From positions 1,600,001 through 1,664,000 of the forward strand of contig OY969724.1 of assembly GCA_963702205.1 (NCBI GenBank): a stretch of DNA of 64,000 nucleotides, written 5' to 3'. This DNA is from an uncultured candidate division Zixibacteria bacterium (GTDB taxonomy: Bacteria > Zixibacteria > MSB-5A5 > GN15 > PGXB01). The translations under genes and the position numbers were made by a program. Shown piece by piece: positions 41,301 to 50,936 of this stretch. Numbering within the stretch: the stretch's first letter is position 1; each line of letters starts with the position of its first letter. Below the pieces are notes generated by a model, which was given only the letters and a program-made list of their open reading frames with translations, did not search any database and was not told the DNA's origin.

Positions 41301-44300
41301 ATTCTATGCTATAATTATCCCGAACGGCAATCATGGGTCGGGCATAATAGTGGAAAACTGCACGGAATCACCTGTAGGCATCCGTGGGAATAGGATAGCC
41401 TATAATGAAGGAAATGGGATTGAAATTATTAATTCATCAAACGTCAGTGTTAATTGGGAAAATGAAATATTTTCAAACTGGGGTAGCGGCATTATCCTTA
41501 GTGGCGCTTATAGTTGCAATATTAATAACAATTTAATAGGTAATAACAGTCAGTATAGCTCATGCGGAGACTACCCTAATGGCAGTGACGGTATTACAAT
41601 CATTGGAAATTCCACATTTAATTCAATCGGACCGGGAAACACAATTGTCTGCAATAATAGAGATGGTATCAGAATTATTGATGAGAACAGTATTAATAAC
41701 AAAATAAGGGAAAATTCAATTTACAGCAATGGCGGACTGGGTATTGATCTTGGGGGCGATGGCGTCACTGCAAATGATGATCCCGATGATCCGCGAGTTG
41801 ATCCGGACACAGGTCCCAATGACCTGATTAATTTCCCTGTGATTGAATCCATATCAAGCGGATCTACATCTGCGGTAAAAAATGTCCACGGAGTGGCCGG
41901 TGCCAATTGCGGGATTGATTTATATATAGTTGGAGATTATGGAAACCCGACCGGGCACGGTGATGCTTACGAATATTTCGGATCGTCTACTGCCGACGGC
42001 AATGGCAATTTTACTATCGCCGACGTCCCGTTGGGTGCTGAAGTGACTGCGACTGCTACAAACAATAACGGCAATGGCAGCACGTCGGAATTTTCGGAAA
42101 ACTACTTTGTCATGCATGAGTGCTGGGTTACTACAAATATTGATAATTTAACAACACCCGGTACACTGCGAGCGGCCATAATTGAAGCTAATGAAAATGA
42201 GGGCCCGGATATTATTAAGTTCCTTGCTGATTTCCCCGGACCTATTGTACTTGAAACGGAACTGCCTGCATTATCTGACATTACTGGAGGTACCATTATC
42301 GATGGCGGGAACGGTGAATGCGGGATTCCGAAAATTACAATCGACGGAATAAATTTAAGTTCCGGGAATGGTCTCACACTTGAATCCGATGACAATGAAA
42401 TATTGGGTATGGCAATTATAAATTTCCCTGAAAACGGAATCAAAATTGCTTTTACTTCCGACAACAATAAAATTAATGGCAACTATATTGGAACTGGTAT
42501 TGACGGAACAATTGGAGGGAATTATTACAGCGGAATAGCTATTTCAGGGTCTAATAATAAAATCGGCACCATCTGTGGTAATGTAATCTCAAATAACAAT
42601 TTGTGTGGCATATGGAATTCAATGAATCATGGTCAAATCATATCGAATAATAAAATCGGAACGAATGCAACAGGGACTTCCATTAATATGAATAGCGGAA
42701 ACGGCATAGAACTCCAGGGTTGTAGTGAAATTCAGATAGATAACAATACTATTTCAGGGAATGGAGCGGCTAATCTCTGGGCCAGTGATGTTGCCGAGTT
42801 ATACATTAATGACAACAAAATCGGGACAAGTAGTGACGGGAATTCCGTTTTAATTCCCGGTTTGATTCATGGGTCGGGCGGTCTTTACTTAAAAAATATA
42901 AATATCGGGAGTGTCTTTGATAATTTAATTTCCGGCAACTGGGATTATCAAATAAAAGTTATTAACTGCAGCATATTAGGTCTTTCCGGCAACAATATTG
43001 GTACAGTCCACCCCGTTGTAGAAACAATTAATTACGGTTATGGTATTCTTATTGATAATTGTTCCAATCTGCAGATTGGCGGTAATGAAAGTGGTCAGGG
43101 CAATATTATTGCCAGAAATAAATGGGGAATCGAGGCCTCGGGTACCAATCTAATTATTAATGGGAATACAATTAGGAATAATGGTTCTGGGGGATTGTAT
43201 CTGGGTGAAGGCAGCCAAAATTGCCAGATTATTAATAATACAATAACCGGAAATAAGTATAATGTAAGGTTATATCATTCCTCTACGGACCATAACCTAA
43301 TAAGCAAAAATATTATATATCAATGCCAGGATGGACCGGATATAGATTTGTATCCATGGGGTATTTCACCAATAATTACCGGATGGGATGATGTTCTTAG
43401 TCCGAACAATAAGCGGAGATACCCAGATCTTCATTATGACGGAACCAACAATACGCTTATCGCGCAATTTCCTGCAATCGATTTTCCGATAAATGGCAAA
43501 TTGGAAATATTTGCGGTCAGCGATTATGATCCCGAATCAGGTGACACTCTATGTGGTGATTTTAATCAAGTAGATTCTGTACAAAATGTCACACGTAATC
43601 ATGGCGGGGCGATTGAATATCTTGGTGAGGTCAATTGTGGGAATATTCCTGGTGACATTGTCATCAATCTGGCCGACCTTGAAGCAATCGACAATGATCA
43701 GGTAGAATTGGAAGTTGGAGATAAAATCACCGCGTTGGCAATTGACGCCAATAATAATACATCGGAGTATTCCAATAATGTGGTTATTTTAAATAGCAGT
43801 TTTGAGGTTTCCTGTCCCATCCTATTGGAAGTCGAGGATCCAATTGGTTATATTATTAACTCAGAAACTAATGAAATTATGGGATCAAGTTATGATCATG
43901 TAACTGATATAAATGGTGATGGCGATCCCGATCATAGGATATTCCTTAATGGTGCTGTAGCAGGCGAATACAAGATTCGAATTTCACCATCTTCGGAAGC
44001 CGGGCCAGGCGATACTTATACACTTAAGACCATTGTGGGTAATGATACGACTTTGATAATTGAAGAGGCCCCTGTTCCCGGCCCTGGTAATGTTGATGAA
44101 TATACTTATGGAATCGGCTTACCAAATCCATGCGATTGCGTTCCCGGCGATGTTCAGGCGGATGGAAGCTTTAATTTGTTGGATATTTTATATCTGATAA
44201 GCTACTTGTATAATACGCCGGCCGGACCGGCCCCAGTTCCATATAATACATGCTCGGGTGACCCCGGATGCGACTGCGTGGTTAACCTTCTCGACATTCT

Positions 44301-44400
44301 TTATTTGATTGGCAATATTTACGGCACTCCCCCGGGTCCCGCCCCATGTACATGTGAAGATTGGATGACAACCTGCGGGTCGCCCTTACGCGACAAATAA
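38386..44400 (+). CDS. Large surface protein: Ig-like domains, FG-GAP repeats, two parallel beta-helix regions, dockerin-like tail
   Basis: AGGAGG RBS, signal peptide; ADLNGDDILDLA/DFNGDGWPDLA repeats; GSLRWAI/GTLRAAI; NxI..N..GI repeats; PGDVQADGSFNLLDILYLI. Confidence 0.87.
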   Translation: MKGILTITAILLIFCQSVFAQANQPPVLFPIGNKVVSEGYNLSFTVSATDSESIPSLTASPLPSGATFGDNGNGSGDFSWTPTLLQAGLYEMIFRAIDDSSAVDSELISITVLNIADPPQIVSVSPARNELNVDDSSTISVTFDKDMDESTINNSTFVVRSEFMGTLNGTYSYDDVSHTATFASYIDFGIGDIISVSLTTGIESSDEIPLINGYNWCFTAEVDSGHGVFSGDNSYQAGPAGSYPISICTADLNGDDILDLAVSNSGCDSITVFLGAGDGTFSLATRLFADNATAIVACDIDLDADIDLIAANSSDDSLSILTNVGGGVFQWSNLLSTYVGDNPSSITAADFNGDGWPDLAVTGASSNDISLLINDHTGSFSNEGIYNTGNSPLCVESGDFDDDGDIDLVNCNNDDGSVSFFLNRGNGIFDFDTTYIIGGSPFSIAVADFVGNGFLDLAITDYDGARVVVLINDESGAYVIDSSYDVGTQPHDIIAGDFQHTGNLSLANVNFNSNDVSVLLNAGDTTFIQPPAFSTGIRPNDLCAGDFDSDGDLDMAITSVMHNRIYTYKNDIGTPTTYVVTRLDDDENEGSLRWAINQSNNATPFQSDSIIFSPSLNGTIYLNDTLPAFVDPMGAVIIGDTLNPESIIINGTQLPNRDTYRDDRSASYGFYIKNINEFFLMGLVFSNFEDGIIILNSSNIDLILIGVHDCSENGVAISSSSSINMIGCTMWGLYNDCNNIYVYACNNIVIDNNSIGPNLENTFNGVGIVGIYVTSSENVEISNNVFGYLENAIIDDAGWKNYIHDNYIGMNTDYEHIPITGDGIRTTWSLDARVEYNTICASNTGILIENAGELYFRNVFYGNSIGNNNGVGEYGIIIMGQITENTRIEGNSISGLNKDAILVTNAHASPGYSINIFSNNIGSRLGNGSGEYGINVIGSTNVYIKGNNIVSNGFGGIEVNQSTLYIENNDIGFYAIIIPNGNHGSGIIVENCTESPVGIRGNRIAYNEGNGIEIINSSNVSVNWENEIFSNWGSGIILSGAYSCNINNNLIGNNSQYSSCGDYPNGSDGITIIGNSTFNSIGPGNTIVCNNRDGIRIIDENSINNKIRENSIYSNGGLGIDLGGDGVTANDDPDDPRVDPDTGPNDLINFPVIESISSGSTSAVKNVHGVAGANCGIDLYIVGDYGNPTGHGDAYEYFGSSTADGNGNFTIADVPLGAEVTATATNNNGNGSTSEFSENYFVMHECWVTTNIDNLTTPGTLRAAIIEANENEGPDIIKFLADFPGPIVLETELPALSDITGGTIIDGGNGECGIPKITIDGINLSSGNGLTLESDDNEILGMAIINFPENGIKIAFTSDNNKINGNYIGTGIDGTIGGNYYSGIAISGSNNKIGTICGNVISNNNLCGIWNSMNHGQIISNNKIGTNATGTSINMNSGNGIELQGCSEIQIDNNTISGNGAANLWASDVAELYINDNKIGTSSDGNSVLIPGLIHGSGGLYLKNINIGSVFDNLISGNWDYQIKVINCSILGLSGNNIGTVHPVVETINYGYGILIDNCSNLQIGGNESGQGNIIARNKWGIEASGTNLIINGNTIRNNGSGGLYLGEGSQNCQIINNTITGNKYNVRLYHSSTDHNLISKNIIYQCQDGPDIDLYPWGISPIITGWDDVLSPNNKRRYPDLHYDGTNNTLIAQFPAIDFPINGKLEIFAVSDYDPESGDTLCGDFNQVDSVQNVTRNHGGAIEYLGEVNCGNIPGDIVINLADLEAIDNDQVELEVGDKITALAIDANNNTSEYSNNVVILNSSFEVSCPILLEVEDPIGYIINSETNEIMGSSYDHVTDINGDGDPDHRIFLNGAVAGEYKIRISPSSEAGPGDTYTLKTIVGNDTTLIIEEAPVPGPGNVDEYTYGIGLPNPCDCVPGDVQADGSFNLLDILYLISYLYNTPAGPAPVPYNTCSGDPGCDCVVNLLDILYLIGNIYGTPPGPAPCTCEDWMTTCGSPLRDK

Positions 44401-44621
44401 TTTTGATGACTTGAGATAATCAGCAATTGGGATTGCAGAAGGAATGGACAATTACCGGGTTGTACCGCGGAATTGCGCCATTGTGATATTGACGTCTCCT
44501 GATTCATAAGCTATTGCTTATGCCGCAGCTAATTGTGATGACGCGATATCAATGAGACTGGAAAACCGAACGGTGGAGGATGGTACGACAACCTATACAC
44601 ACATAGAACGGGAGGACTAAA

Positions 44622-47126
44622 ATGAAGCAACGGCTAATGTGGACTGGTATCGTTGTGGTGATGCTGTTGGCAATCGGCGTGCAGGCAGCTGAAACCACGA
44701 AGGCCACTTCAAATGCCGCACAGCCGATCGGCAGAAGAATCGGCGAATTTGTCGCACCGGATGGGCGGATCGATCTTAATGCCGTGAAATCGAGTGGCTA
44801 CCAGGGATCGCTTGATCTGAAGGGAGTAGATATTCGCCTTGATCCGACAACCGGGGAACCGATAGTACGGGTCTCGGTTCCCAGGTCTTTCTCCGAGGAT
44901 CCTGATGATATATATTGGGATAATAATATGTCATCCTCCCTGGGAGTGAATGCTGTCGTTTATGCCCTCACCATATATGACAATAAGTTGATTGCGGGCG
45001 GCTGGTTTGATTTAGCGGGCGGCCTTGGCGCCATGAGTATAGCTTCTTGGGACGGTTTATCATGGTTACCATTGGGTTACGGGACGTACGGGCCAGTTCA
45101 TGCGCTCACCGTATACGATAATAAACTTATAGCTGGGGGGTTTTTCACGATCGCTGGGGGAGAAAGCGCGTATTATATCGCCGCTTGGGATGGTTCTTCT
45201 TGGTCGCCTCTGGGATTGGGTGCAAACAGCACAGTATGGGCTCTGACCGTATATGACAATAAATTGATAGCTGGTGGAAGTTTTTCAACCGCCGGGGGTT
45301 TGAACGCAAGTAGCATCGCCGCTTGGGACGGTTCTTCCTGGTCGCCTTTGGGATTAGGTACAGACAGCACTGTTTGGGCTTTGACCGTTTATAATAATAA
45401 ACTAATAGCTGGGGGAAGCTTCACGACCGCTGGTGGCATGAGTGCCAATCGTGTTGCCTCTTGGGATGGTTCTTTCTGGGCGACATTAGGGTCCGGAGCG
45501 GATGAACGAATATACGCCCTTACCGTCTATGACAATAAGCTGGTCGCCGGGGGAAGGTTCATGACCACCGGCGGCATCAGCACCAGGCGTATTGCATCAT
45601 GGAACGGTTCATCCTGGTCACCCTTGGCATCCGGAATGGATTCGACAGTTCTTTCTCTTGCTATTTATGCCGGCAGGCTTATAGCAGGTGGAAGGTTTGC
45701 GGTAGCTGGCGACATCTCCGCCAATCGTATTGCCTCATGGGATGGTTCCACCTGGTCGCCCTTGGGATCAGGAGTAGAGGAAGGAGAATATACTTCTAAT
45801 GACGTTTACGCGCTATCCGACTTTAATAGCGAATTGGTAGCAGGAGGCGATTTTTTGACGGTAGGCGGAGTCACTGCCTTCAATGTAGCGTCCTGGGATG
45901 GATCTTTTTGGCACCCCTGCGGTTGGTGCATAGACAATCGAGTTTATGCATTTACCATTTATGACAATAACCTTGTTGCCGCTGGGGATTTTATGACTGC
46001 TGGTCGAAATGGCGCCAAACGTATCGCTTCATGGGATGGTTCCACGTGGTCAAATTTGGGATCTGGATTGGATTCAACAGTATGGGCTCTAACCGTTTAT
46101 GACAATAAACTTATCGCTGGAGGGGATTTCAATAATGCTGGTGATATTAGCGCCAATCATATAGCTTCGTGGGATGGTTCCACTTGGTCTCCACTGGACT
46201 TGGGGACAGATAATGCAGTCTGGGGCCTGACTGTGTATGACAACAAGCTCGTCGCTGGAGGAAATTTCATTTATGCCGGGGGCATGAGCGCCAATTATAT
46301 TGCCGCTTGGGATGGTTCTTCATGGTCGTCGCTATCCTCCGGCGTTGATGGTTTAGTAAATGCCGTCACCGTATATGATGGAAAATTGATCGTTGGAGGA
46401 GACTTTGAAATAGCCGGAGGTATAAGCGCTAGTAACATAGCCTCTTGGGACGGTTACTCGTGGGCTCCCTTGGGTTCAGGAATTGAGGGAACTTCAACTT
46501 CTTGGGTTTTTCCCCTTACTGTGTATGAAAGCAAGCTGATTGCTGGTGGGTCTTTTTCAACGGCAGGTGGCATAAATGCAAATAACATCGCATCCTGGGA
46601 CGGTTCATCATGGTCGCCCTTGGGATTGGGGGCGATTTCTCCCCCTCTTAGCTTAATTGTTTATGATAATAGGCTGATTGCAGGCGGGCAGAATGCAGCT
46701 GGCAATTACATCTCCTCTTGGGATGGTTATTTATGGTCACCTCTAGGGTCGGGAGTTAATGCAACTGTTTGGGCCCTGGCCGTTAACAACGACAACCTAA
46801 TTGTGGGAGGAGGCTTTCATTATGCTGGCAATAAGCCTGCATATTATTTAGCTCGATGGACCAAACATGAATCGGCAAACCCCGGCAATTGCTGCGAAAA
46901 CTGGGGAATGCCCGGTGATGCCAACAGCGACTATGCTGTTAATCTGATAGATATCTTGTACTTGATCGCCTTTAAATACAATGATCCCCCCGGACCAGAT
47001 AATCCTGATGGATGCAATGCCTTGCTCGATGCTAATGGTGATGCCTATATCAACCTGATTGATATTTTATACCTTATAGATTTTCTCTATAGCTCTCCGC
47101 TCGGGCCAAGCCCGATATGTCCATAG
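44622..47126 (+). CDS. Secreted 14-repeat beta-propeller protein with dockerin-like tail
   Basis: 14 x ~44-aa repeat ALTVYDNKLIAGGxF..AGG..A..IASWDGSSWSPLG; PGDANSDYAVNLIDILYLI. Confidence 0.87.
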   Translation: MKQRLMWTGIVVVMLLAIGVQAAETTKATSNAAQPIGRRIGEFVAPDGRIDLNAVKSSGYQGSLDLKGVDIRLDPTTGEPIVRVSVPRSFSEDPDDIYWDNNMSSSLGVNAVVYALTIYDNKLIAGGWFDLAGGLGAMSIASWDGLSWLPLGYGTYGPVHALTVYDNKLIAGGFFTIAGGESAYYIAAWDGSSWSPLGLGANSTVWALTVYDNKLIAGGSFSTAGGLNASSIAAWDGSSWSPLGLGTDSTVWALTVYNNKLIAGGSFTTAGGMSANRVASWDGSFWATLGSGADERIYALTVYDNKLVAGGRFMTTGGISTRRIASWNGSSWSPLASGMDSTVLSLAIYAGRLIAGGRFAVAGDISANRIASWDGSTWSPLGSGVEEGEYTSNDVYALSDFNSELVAGGDFLTVGGVTAFNVASWDGSFWHPCGWCIDNRVYAFTIYDNNLVAAGDFMTAGRNGAKRIASWDGSTWSNLGSGLDSTVWALTVYDNKLIAGGDFNNAGDISANHIASWDGSTWSPLDLGTDNAVWGLTVYDNKLVAGGNFIYAGGMSANYIAAWDGSSWSSLSSGVDGLVNAVTVYDGKLIVGGDFEIAGGISASNIASWDGYSWAPLGSGIEGTSTSWVFPLTVYESKLIAGGSFSTAGGINANNIASWDGSSWSPLGLGAISPPLSLIVYDNRLIAGGQNAAGNYISSWDGYLWSPLGSGVNATVWALAVNNDNLIVGGGFHYAGNKPAYYLARWTKHESANPGNCCENWGMPGDANSDYAVNLIDILYLIAFKYNDPPGPDNPDGCNALLDANGDAYINLIDILYLIDFLYSSPLGPSPICP

Positions 47127-47273
47127 AAGAAAAAGAGATATTAAAAAGATTGGTTATAATGGCGGCCATTTTTATGTATAAAGCAAGTTATTAAATATAT
47201 TAGTACTTTCGGAGCCAAGAGTAGAGCAAAATTACATTGTTTTAAAAAAATCTATAATCAATGATTAACCGAC

Positions 47274-47549
47274 TGACCTGCCCCCGGTTATTGTTCCACT
47301 TTTTAAGTTAGTCCAATTGCCTTTCTTGTCAAGTTGATTAATGGCTTCGGGTGCCGGAAGAGGGTAACCCGGCGAACTATGGGGCCGTTTGGTATTGTAA
47401 TGCCACCGCCATTCTTCAATCAGCACCCTGGTTTCATGCAAAGTATAAAAAATTTCTCGGTTTAACAGCTCGTCCCGCATTTTGCCAATAAAAGATCCGG
47501 CATAGCCATTCTCCCATTGATGTGCCCCCCAAATATCGCTCTTATTCAA
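47274..47549 (-). pseudogene. IS3-family transposase remnant with one terminal repeat
   Basis: WENGY..SF.GKMRDELLN...YNTKRPHSS.GY; TGACCTGCCCCC end at 47274. Confidence 0.85.
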
Positions 47550-47629
47550 AAAGAGGTTGTGATTGATAGTAAATAATCATAAAAATAATCAATGTGGCTA
47601 AGTCATAGTACGCCTTTTTCATGTTGTTT

Positions 47630-49528
47630 TTATTCGCCCAAGGGACATGGTGGCGGACCGGGCGGCACACCATAGATATAGTCGATCAAATATAATATAT
47701 CTATAAGGTTTAGTAGACGATCACAATTGGCATCGCCAGACAAGTAAGGATCAGGACAACTCACCTCGCCGGTGCCATAAAGACAATCTATAATCAATAA
47801 TATATCCAGCAAGTTATAGATTTTGTCACCAGTGGCGTCGCCGTTTTCATAATGGTAACCCTCTTCGACAAGATAGTCCAGCGTATCCGCCTCACCTGCG
47901 ACCGGGGCATTGGCATTTTCGATAAGTATACACTGAGTTGAACCATCTATTCTGATTCCAATGCCATAGGTGGAGCCAGGAGGGGCCCCATCCTCGGTCA
48001 CGACGATTATGATATAAGTCCCTTCAAGAGGATAAAAAATAGTGACAGAATCATTAGGTGACTCATCATAGGTGGCATCACCGATACTATTGAAAAATAC
48101 TCCAGATGCATCCTTGCCCACAGAATCTCCGACTGGATCGATAATTTTAAGGTTGACCGGCGAATAAGCGACAATTATAAGGGGTGCCGTAAATAAAGTA
48201 TAATTATAGGACATTTTTGATGTCCCTTGATCACTGGTCATGGTGGCCGTAATGGAAGTAAATATGGGTGCATTTTTGGGGCAAGAAAATACCTGCTTCG
48301 CTTTAGTACTTACATCCATAGAGCCAAGGTATTCGTACGCTTCTCCGTGGCCAGAAGGATCTTCCGGACGAGAGGGGTCATTAGCTGTATGGGCGGCGAA
48401 AAACTCCACGACACCGGATTCGGAAAAATCGAAATAGACAGAATACCCAGAGTCAAGGGGGTTATAAACTGCTGAATCAATTACAGGATAATTCAGTAGA
48501 TGATTTGGACCTTCGTCAGAATCAGAAGGATCGTTGTCAGTTACGCCCCCACCACCTAAATCGATAGCCAGTCCGTCATTGTCGTAGATCAGATTCTTCG
48601 AGATTCTATTGCCCTCAGAAGCCATTCCTGTTATAGTTATGGCATTTCCGGTGGAGTTTTTTATGACTAATCCTTCAATTTCACAGTAAGATGCATTAAT
48701 GAGAAAGGCCGCCGTTTCTCCAGCCATTCCCGATCCATCAATGATCATGCTGTGGATGCCGCCCGGAGCCGTTGATCCGATAATTTTCGTAGTGTCATTA
48801 GACAATGTGGGTAATGCATCAGCCAAGAAAATTGTACCGGATACGGAAAAAACAATACTATCCGCATTTGTTGACGTATTTGCTGAATCAATGGCCCACC
48901 TAAGGCTCCCGACACCAGCATCATCCAAATTCGTAACGGCTATTTCATTGGTTTGAACCTCACCGATTGTCCAACAATATGGGCCATTGAAAGTGACTGG
49001 ATAAAACTGGGCAGAAAATAACCAGTCCCAGGTAGGGTTGGGAGGATACGGAGTTGAATCAATACATAGTGTACCATTATCTACAGCCGAAAAACTAAAC
49101 CGAAGATAACCCTGATTGGGATTCCCGGGTGGGAGCCCGAACACACCACTGAAACTTACACCGACTGTATCAGGAAGACTCCCATTCCATCCATCCTCTA
49201 ATTCCATAATGAGAAAATTAAAATAGCTTTCAAAATTGTTTATATATTCAAGGCTTTGAGTGGAAAGCAAACCGCCGACATTGCGATGTGAGATTGTCGA
49301 TATGCTTGCGTCCGGACTATATAGGTAAAATGTAAAGCTGCCACCCAAAAGATCTTCCCCTGGGGTTGTATTATCTATCCAAATTTCGATGGTAAAATCA
49401 CTTGCCTCAGGAATAATTCCAGATGATGCCTCTGGTGAAAAGGCGCTGCAGATTAGGTCTGCATGGACTTCGCCACATAAGATTAAAAGCAGCGCTATTA
49501 TGATTTTGCCCAAATGATATGATTTCAT
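47630..49528 (-). CDS. Secreted protein: putative cohesin-like N-domain, short beta-helix, Ig-like module, dockerin-like tail
   Basis: Signal peptide; beta-rich N-domain ending GTLCIDST; GSLRWAI; GDATGDKIYNLLDILLII...GDANCDRLLNLIDILYLI. Confidence 0.8.
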   Translation of the reverse strand: MKSYHLGKIIIALLLILCGEVHADLICSAFSPEASSGIIPEASDFTIEIWIDNTTPGEDLLGGSFTFYLYSPDASISTISHRNVGGLLSTQSLEYINNFESYFNFLIMELEDGWNGSLPDTVGVSFSGVFGLPPGNPNQGYLRFSFSAVDNGTLCIDSTPYPPNPTWDWLFSAQFYPVTFNGPYCWTIGEVQTNEIAVTNLDDAGVGSLRWAIDSANTSTNADSIVFSVSGTIFLADALPTLSNDTTKIIGSTAPGGIHSMIIDGSGMAGETAAFLINASYCEIEGLVIKNSTGNAITITGMASEGNRISKNLIYDNDGLAIDLGGGGVTDNDPSDSDEGPNHLLNYPVIDSAVYNPLDSGYSVYFDFSESGVVEFFAAHTANDPSRPEDPSGHGEAYEYLGSMDVSTKAKQVFSCPKNAPIFTSITATMTSDQGTSKMSYNYTLFTAPLIIVAYSPVNLKIIDPVGDSVGKDASGVFFNSIGDATYDESPNDSVTIFYPLEGTYIIIVVTEDGAPPGSTYGIGIRIDGSTQCILIENANAPVAGEADTLDYLVEEGYHYENGDATGDKIYNLLDILLIIDCLYGTGEVSCPDPYLSGDANCDRLLNLIDILYLIDYIYGVPPGPPPCPLGE

Positions 49529-49867
49529 AAAATTCCTCCCAATAATAATAATTAAAGCACTTTATAACAGGAACATCTAGGCTTTTAAGTCCATTAATGC
49601 AATATTCACGTACCTTTAATCCAATCAGGCCTCAGAATAAACATCGATTGATTCTAAAGATGCAAGAACGTAAGAATTTATTAAAACCTTGTATAAAGAC
49701 CGTACGGCCTGGCAGATGTGAATCTACTTAATAATTAATATAACCGGAGGGATAAAGTTGTCAAGCGGCTTTATCACTATAAAAAGCGGGCATATTTTTT
49801 CTATAATCTTCTGATGAAATCTTCGTAGATGATAATAATTCCAAAAACCATAAGGCCGTTTTACCCC

Positions 49868-49886
49868 CCGACCTTCGGGTTATGAG
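49868..49886 (-). other. tRNA-fMet anticodon-arm fragment (possible relic att site)
   Basis: Reverse complement CTCATAACCCGAAGGTCG matches the conserved initiator tRNA anticodon/variable region. Confidence 0.55.
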
Positions 49887-49983
49887 TCGCTTAAGCTATC
49901 CAGACACAAGAAAGCACCAGACACTAACCCGTAGTATTAGCAACAACTTACGGGAAATCCAGTGTCTGGTGTTTTCCCTTTGA

Positions 49984-50353
49984 TCTCTTTATCCATGTCG
50001 ATGAGATAGTGTCTGGCAGTATGATGTATGCGCACCTCAAGGAAATGAAGGAGCTCAACATCCGGCGGCACATTCCAATAATTGCCGTCGGAATAGTTGA
50101 TTCACGTGGTACAAGATCGGAATACAGGAGAGCGGAGATAGAATCTATGAAAGCCTCGGGGTTGATTGAGGACTTCATTTGGGAAGGATGTGACTGCTTG
50201 ATTACTGAAAACAATAAGTTCATGTTGGGCTGGCATTATGTTGACTATGCTTTCGTACAAATGCAGTTCCCGTTTTGGACGAGCATCTCCAGACCCCACC
50301 GGAGCAGCTTGCCTTTCAAAGAGCAGTGTGCTCTGATGATAGCACGTCACTTT
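49984..50353 (+). pseudogene. 5'-truncated gene fragment with PRTase-like motif
   Basis: LFIHVDEIVSGS at the start with no RBS/ATG; probable frameshift at 50255. Confidence 0.4.
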
Positions 50354-50530
50354 AGCAGAAGGTGCGCGTTTCGCATATCGAGAAGGATGTTATGGAAGAG
50401 CATAATCTGACCCCGGAAATCCTCAAGTCTCGTGAATTCTATGATACATTGCGGCGCGAGGTGGTCCCCTGTATAACTCTCGTTGCAGTGTGCGATTACG
50501 GTAAGGTGTATTTCTGGGACGATTTCGGCC

Positions 50531-50914
50531 GGGTGGCCCGACATTCTATATCGGGTCTTTATATTGATGAGCAATACAGTGAGGATATCGAAACCGCGGC
50601 TCATGCAGTCTTTTGGACATTAAATTAGATCATATTGTACCCAAATTTTCTAACGGATTTCTAACGGATCTACTTAATTCTACTTAACGGAAGTTGACGG
50701 AACTTAACGCAACTTGACGCTACTTAACTATTGCAATTTCATATAATTACATCTATTTTACAGCATATCAACAAGTTGCGGAGAATGGCTGTCGGCGAAT
50801 CCCAGCCTCTCCGTTTTATTGTAGTGATCGGGCTGATGGTTGATGTTGACGTTGAAGATGCGTCGATGAATATGGCATTGTTTTAAGTAACCCATCCTGA
50901 AGGATGGGCCACCC
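50531..50914. repeat. 384-bp REP-bounded unit, copy 1
   Basis: GGGTGGCCC...GGGCCACCC termini; contains 10-bp tandem repeats and tRNA-Ser 3' end (50796-50813). Confidence 0.92.
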
Positions 50915-50936
50915 GGCGGTGTTTGTATATTTATTA

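Larger units (their letters stand above)
35637..50813. mobile_element. tRNA-Ser-anchored genomic island (no integrase in window)
   Basis: tRNA 3' end CGAATCCCAGCCTCTCCG repeated at 50796 and 51625; visibly more AT-rich than the flagellar region. Confidence 0.7.

Noticed and set aside
44940..46860. ~130-bp periodic DNA repeats as CRISPR or DGR template/variable repeats
   Set aside because: In-frame beta-propeller coding repeats with synonymous-type variation; no reverse transcriptase in the window.
50650..50730. Short tandem repeats as a possible CRISPR array
   Set aside because: 10-bp units without unique spacers and no cas genes in the window.
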